Source: Candidatus Limnocylindrales bacterium (GTDB lineage Bacteria; Moduliflexota; Moduliflexia; Moduliflexales; JAUQPW01). From it: DNA of 64,000 nucleotides. The stretch's first letter is position 1. Each line of letters opens with the position of its first letter. The DNA is taken from contig DATMBG010000045.1 of the NCBI GenBank assembly GCA_035559535.1, positions 1 through 64,000 on the forward strand. Reading direction: 5' to 3'. Below, piece after piece: positions 59,209 through 64,000 of the stretch. The notes under the pieces are model-generated. The model worked only from the letters and a program-made list of their open reading frames with translations. It had not been told where the DNA came from and ran no database searches. Both the position numbers and the translations under genes were made by a program.

Positions 59209-62200
59209 ATGCTCTCATTTCCAGAGATTCCTAAAAATTTGGAAGCTTCCCATCAAAATGAAGCCGTCCGGGATTCTTCTCTCCATTTGATGAAGTTTTG
59301 GCTTGCAATTCTTTCAGTCATAGGGGTTTGGCTTGGGATCTTACTTTGGATTCATGCCCATAATCCGCGCCTCCTCCCCTCCTGGCACGGGTTTCTACAT
59401 ACGGCCATTGCCATGCGATTTACAGACGGATCGTTTCCTCCAGAGAATCCCTTCTTTGCCGGTGAAAAACTCCCCTACTACTGGGCATACCAGTACTTCG
59501 GTTTTATAGTAGCCCGAATTTTAAAAACCGATCTCCTTCATGCCTTTCGGTTTATAGCCCTGTCCAGTCTGGCCGTTTTAGTTATTTTCTCCGGATTAAC
59601 CGGATATAAATATTTTCGATCTATCGGAGCCGGCCTTTTGATCGGTTACCTTGCTGTGGCTGGAGCTAATCCCTTCGGACCGCTGATTGCGTTAGCTAAA
59701 CATTGGATAAAAGCTGCTCCTTTGATCAGCCCGGTATCCTCACAAACTCCCGTCGAGACCCTTTTTGTTACGAACCGAATGGCCGATGATTGGATGACCC
59801 AACCCCTCTTACCCGCCCTGTATATCTCCAGTGAATGGTGGCATGGACAGAATATCGTCTGGTTTATAGATATTTCTGCACGGGCTCCCGCTTTATCGTT
59901 GGTTTTTGTACTTCTCTTCCTTCTTTTGAGCCCCCGGCTAAAATTTGGAAAAATACTCCTTATAACTTTACTGGCCGCTCTTATAACGGCTTTTAACCCC
60001 ATCACCGGATTTGTAGTGTCTGGAAGCCTTCTGGGGGCCTCTCTGATAATACTCTGTCTGACGGCTTTAAAGCGTTCCCACTTCGGTTACAAGTTTAAAA
60101 AGCAGCCCCTCGTCCTGTCCCTCCTCTGCCTTACAGGTACCCTTCTGGCTGCACCTACCTACTATCATTTGTTTCTCCTTAACAAGGGAACTCTAAGCCT
60201 GACCTCTTCTTACTCTGTTTTTTATCTCTTTTTAAAATTGGCTGCCCTCTCGGCCAATTTTTTGATCCTGGTTTCCCTGGCGATTCTGGGTAGCTGGAAA
60301 TCATCTTATCGAGAAGGAATAGGACTCTGGACCCTGACCCTGGCCGGAATTCTTCTGTTACTTGTCGTTCCCCTTATTATTCTCTGGCCTCACAACGAGC
60401 ATAACCTGACCAACGCTGCCGCATGTCTCCTTGCCGTTCCGGCAGTTGCCTGGATAACCTGCCTGCCCAAGCGAAAAGAAGAAAGGATTTCTAAAGGATC
60501 TCTTTTTCTTTTACTCCTGGGGGTTCTCTTTCTACCTACAACCTTCTGTACCCTTCTTTCCTACACCGGAAGGCCCCCTCTTCCCCTTGGATTTCGGGGT
60601 CAAACCCTGCAGAGACTACCCGAAGAGGGTCCCCTCGAAAATTTATATGCCTGGATAAGGAATCAAACCCCTTCCGATGCCGTATTCCTTTGTGATCCCA
60701 ATGAACCTGTTAAAATGTCTGGAAACGTAGCCGAACTTCCGGCCTTTACCGCGAGAACTCTTTTCATAGATCTCCCCGGCTATCTTACTTCTCAGTACAA
60801 AGATGCGAACTTCAGGACTACGCTGGCCGGCAATGCAGCAAAGGGCTACCCTTTGACACCTCCTCAACGTAATTATCTCCGTCATCTGCAAAGACCTCTT
60901 TACCTGATTACCTATCATGCCGACCAGGAAGATCTTTTGAATCGGCTGATTCAACAAAACGGTGGGCCTATCTTTCGTCAAGATTTTGTAGCCGTGTTCA
61001 AAATCACCCTGGATCCGATAGAATTTCAACCTTCCAAGGCAGGATTTCAACCTTTGCAGTTTGATTTAGCTTTCTCGACCTATCTGGGAGGTTCACAATT
61101 TGAACACATCCGTGGGATTACTACAGATAGCTCCGGTAACATATATGTTACCGGTGGTACAACTTCCCCGGACTTTCCGGTTACAAACGGTGTCTATCAG
61201 ACCACCCTTAATCCTGCTAAACCAGATTCCCCCGATATTTCGCCCATGGATGTTTTCGTAACCAAATTAGATCCCGGCGGCAAAATCATCTGGTCTACTT
61301 TCCTGGGTGGCCCCAATTACGATCGAGCTTATGCCATTGCGGTAGATAACCAAGACTATGTCTATGTAGCAGGTCGGGCCGGTAAAGGTTTTCCGGTTAC
61401 CCGGGGAGCCTTTCAAACGTCCTTTCAAGGGGGGCAAGAAGCGCCTTTTTATGGCCCTCAAGATGGTTTCATCTGTAAACTGACTCCTGATGGTTCTAAA
61501 CTTGTTTTCTGCAGTTACTTTGGAACCCCAGACCCTTCCATTATTCGAGATATAGCGGTTGATCCAAAGGGAGATATTTACCTGGCATCGGGTTATTCCT
61601 CAGGCCGTTATCCTAAAGAAGTTCACAAGGTCTTTAATAATAAGCCCCATGGGGATCATGATGCTGTTATAGCCAAGATCCATTCCGATGGCTCCCGGGT
61701 ACTCTGGGCTACCTATCTGGGAGGTTCGGATTGGGAGAGTAACGAGAACTCTGTCCGTTTGGATGGAGCCGGGAATCCCTATGTTCTGTTAACAACCAGG
61801 TCGACCGATATGCCGGTCACCGAGAACGCCTATGGAAAGACGTATGCCGGCCATGGGGATCTCTATGTGGCGAAACTCACACCCGATGAAGGGAAATTAG
61901 TCTGGGGTACCTACCTGGGGGGACCTGAAAACGAATCCACCGAAACCCATGAATTCGCCGTAGATGCTGAAGGTAATGCTTACATTGCAGCTCCAACCAA
62001 GTCCCCCGACTTTCCCACCACTCCCGGAGCTTTTCAAAGAAAATATGAGGGGGGCCCCAATGAAATATTCGTGGCTAAAATTTCACCAGATGGTTCACAA
62101 CTTTTGGCCAGTACTCTCCTGGGGGGAAAGGATAGAGATAGACCGGAAGGTGTGGCGGTGGATACAGCCGGTAATGTCTACTTTACCGGTACAACCACCT

Positions 62201-62493
62201 CCAATAACTTTCCGGTAACAAGGGATGCTTTTCAACCTAATTTAATAGGAGACCGAAATGCCTTTGCGGTAGTGCTTTCCGCAGATTTCAGTCGGTTGCT
62301 CTACGCCACCTACCTGGGAGGCGGCGGAGGAGAATTGGGTCGAGCGGCCACGGTGGATTCCCATGGTAATTTCTATATAGCCGGTCAAACAGATTCAAAG
62401 AACTGGCCGGTCCATAACGCTTTTCAGCCTGCTTACAGTGGTAACATAGATGGATTTATAGCCGGATTTAAACCAAACACTCAGAAAAACTAA
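59209..62493 (+). CDS. polytopic GT-C-like membrane protein fused to SBBP beta-propeller repeats
   Basis: PPENPFFAGEKLPYYW loop and many TMs; C-terminal repeats STYLGGS..IAVD..GNIYVTG.T.S.DFP. Confidence 0.78.
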   Translation: MLSFPEIPKNLEASHQNEAVRDSSLHLMKFWLAILSVIGVWLGILLWIHAHNPRLLPSWHGFLHTAIAMRFTDGSFPPENPFFAGEKLPYYWAYQYFGFIVARILKTDLLHAFRFIALSSLAVLVIFSGLTGYKYFRSIGAGLLIGYLAVAGANPFGPLIALAKHWIKAAPLISPVSSQTPVETLFVTNRMADDWMTQPLLPALYISSEWWHGQNIVWFIDISARAPALSLVFVLLFLLLSPRLKFGKILLITLLAALITAFNPITGFVVSGSLLGASLIILCLTALKRSHFGYKFKKQPLVLSLLCLTGTLLAAPTYYHLFLLNKGTLSLTSSYSVFYLFLKLAALSANFLILVSLAILGSWKSSYREGIGLWTLTLAGILLLLVVPLIILWPHNEHNLTNAAACLLAVPAVAWITCLPKRKEERISKGSLFLLLLGVLFLPTTFCTLLSYTGRPPLPLGFRGQTLQRLPEEGPLENLYAWIRNQTPSDAVFLCDPNEPVKMSGNVAELPAFTARTLFIDLPGYLTSQYKDANFRTTLAGNAAKGYPLTPPQRNYLRHLQRPLYLITYHADQEDLLNRLIQQNGGPIFRQDFVAVFKITLDPIEFQPSKAGFQPLQFDLAFSTYLGGSQFEHIRGITTDSSGNIYVTGGTTSPDFPVTNGVYQTTLNPAKPDSPDISPMDVFVTKLDPGGKIIWSTFLGGPNYDRAYAIAVDNQDYVYVAGRAGKGFPVTRGAFQTSFQGGQEAPFYGPQDGFICKLTPDGSKLVFCSYFGTPDPSIIRDIAVDPKGDIYLASGYSSGRYPKEVHKVFNNKPHGDHDAVIAKIHSDGSRVLWATYLGGSDWESNENSVRLDGAGNPYVLLTTRSTDMPVTENAYGKTYAGHGDLYVAKLTPDEGKLVWGTYLGGPENESTETHEFAVDAEGNAYIAAPTKSPDFPTTPGAFQRKYEGGPNEIFVAKISPDGSQLLASTLLGGKDRDRPEGVAVDTAGNVYFTGTTTSNNFPVTRDAFQPNLIGDRNAFAVVLSADFSRLLYATYLGGGGGELGRAATVDSHGNFYIAGQTDSKNWPVHNAFQPAYSGNIDGFIAGFKPNTQKN

Positions 62494-62537
62494 AGCGTGT
62501 TCTTCTAAAAGAAAATCAAAATAGAAAATTGCCTTCT

Positions 62538-63716
62538 ATGCATATAGGAGTTGATGCGACCTGTTGGCAAAACACGCGGGGCTATGGCCGTCATGCCCGT
62601 GCTCTGCTGAGTACCCTCGTTCGCCTGGATACCGAAAATCGCTATACCTTTGTCCTGGATTCGGCTGAAAATGAAAAAGTATTACCATCTGGAGTCGAAG
62701 TCAGGGTGGCAAAAACAACGACTCCTACGGCTATTGCAGCCTCTGCTAGGGGGCATCGCTCTTTACGAGACCTGTGGCAGATGAGTCGAACCCTGTCCAG
62801 TTCCGATTTTGATTTGTTACTGTTTCCTACCATCTATAGTTATGTTCCGATACTCAGCCGGGCCAAAAAAATAGTCATGATCCATGACATCATCCCGGAG
62901 ACCTTTCCCCAACTTACCTTACCTGGCTTTACCTCGCGACTCTTCTGGAAGACAAAGACTGCCCTCGGTCGCTGGCAGGCAGATGCCATCGTCACGGTTT
63001 CTGACTACTCCCGTCAAGGGATTATAAAGCATTTCAATATCCCCCCTGAGAAGGTTTTCGTGGTCGGTGAAGCCAGTGATCCTATTTTTCGGGTACTGGA
63101 TAATCCCATCCCTACTCCCTATCTTATCTCATTGGGCATAACACCTTATGGTCGCCATGTGGTGTATGTGGGGGGTTTTGGTCCGCACAAAAACCTAGAA
63201 ACCCTGGTTACAGTATTTGCAAAACTTTCACGCTATCTCACTTTCTCAGATATTCGTCTGGTTCTGGTAGGGGAGTATCAAAAGGAAGTTTTTTATAGTT
63301 CTTTTGAAACCATTCGGCGACGGGTTGAGGAGCTGGGAATTACCCATCGGGTTCTCTTTACCGGATATCTCTCCGATGAAGAGCTGGTTGTTTTACTGAA
63401 CCTTTCCACCGTGCTGGTATTACCTTCCCTCATCGAGGGTTTTGGACTCCCGGCTATTGAAGCAGCGGCCTGCGGTTGCCCGGTTATTGCAACAACCGCC
63501 AGTCCCTTACCTGATCTTTTAGGTACAGCAGGTCTTTATATCGATCCCCAGAGACCGGAAGAATTGGAGGAAGCTCTTATTCGGGTCCTGGAATCGGAGA
63601 GTTTGCGGCGACAGATGCGGGGAAAAGGACTCATGGCTGTCCGTCAGCTCACCTGGGAAATAGCAGCCCGACAGATGATGAGTCTTTTACACGCTATGGG
63701 TAAAGAGTATCCATGA
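62538..63716 (+). CDS. glycosyltransferase family 4 (GT-B)
   Basis: IHDIIP, TVSDYS, YVGG..PHKN, PSLIEGFGLPAIEAAACG. Confidence 0.92.
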   Translation: MHIGVDATCWQNTRGYGRHARALLSTLVRLDTENRYTFVLDSAENEKVLPSGVEVRVAKTTTPTAIAASARGHRSLRDLWQMSRTLSSSDFDLLLFPTIYSYVPILSRAKKIVMIHDIIPETFPQLTLPGFTSRLFWKTKTALGRWQADAIVTVSDYSRQGIIKHFNIPPEKVFVVGEASDPIFRVLDNPIPTPYLISLGITPYGRHVVYVGGFGPHKNLETLVTVFAKLSRYLTFSDIRLVLVGEYQKEVFYSSFETIRRRVEELGITHRVLFTGYLSDEELVVLLNLSTVLVLPSLIEGFGLPAIEAAACGCPVIATTASPLPDLLGTAGLYIDPQRPEELEEALIRVLESESLRRQMRGKGLMAVRQLTWEIAARQMMSLLHAMGKEYP

Positions 63717-64000
63717 ATCGTCCCCTTAATTTCTTACACCTCACAACCTTTTATCCACCTTATAGTTTCGGGGGAGATGCCATGTATATCTACCGCCTGG
63801 CCCATGCCCTTGGAGAGGAGGGACATCAGGTTGATGTCATTCACTGCATCGATTCTTATCACCTGCTACACCCCGGAGAGCCTAAAATTAAATTTGCCGA
63901 TCATCCCAACGTAACAATCCATGGTCTGCGAAGCGGATACCGGTGGCTTTCACCCCTCCTCACCCAACAAACCGGTCGACCCTTCCTAAAGCAAAAGCGG
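63713..64000 (+). CDS. glycosyltransferase family 4, 5' part (truncated by window edge)
   Basis: ATGA overlap; MNRPLNFLHLTTFYPPYSFGGDAMYIYRLAHALGEEGHQVDVI. Confidence 0.82.
   Translation, partial: MNRPLNFLHLTTFYPPYSFGGDAMYIYRLAHALGEEGHQVDVIHCIDSYHLLHPGEPKIKFADHPNVTIHGLRSGYRWLSPLLTQQTGRPFLKQKR

Overview
A roughly 63-kb run of about 50 genes, all on the + strand, forming a very large bacterial cell-surface glycan biosynthesis and modification locus. It runs off the right edge inside a GT4 gene. It is rich in parts for lipid-carrier-based extracytoplasmic glycosylation: about 6 GT-C-type polytopic membrane proteins, 4 polyprenol-phosphate-type GT2s plus 2 other GT2s, 2 UPF0104/LPG-synthase-like flippases and one Wzx. 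No recognisable Wzy/Wzz/Wza/Wzc or initiating phosphoglycosyltransferase lies in the window. Accessory modules: two UDP-galactopyranose-mutase-like flavoproteins (one fused to a membrane domain that is duplicated as the next gene); a MaoC-methyltransferase-FkbH-ACP-acyltransferase cassette; DegT plus FemAB; AsnB; a B12 radical SAM; a small membrane peptide followed by four alkaline-phosphatase-superfamily genes with non-canonical active sites; and a GT87 / CofD-YvcK::GT2 fusion / HAD / nucleotidyltransferase / GT2 cassette. Intergenic regions carry several nested families of palindromic repeats and MITE-like elements. These include a 133-bp MITE with an 11-bp target duplication, one clear and one possible repeat inserted in frame in genes, and an unannotated SGNH-hydrolase remnant. 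All calls come from motif recognition by eye; no database searches were run.
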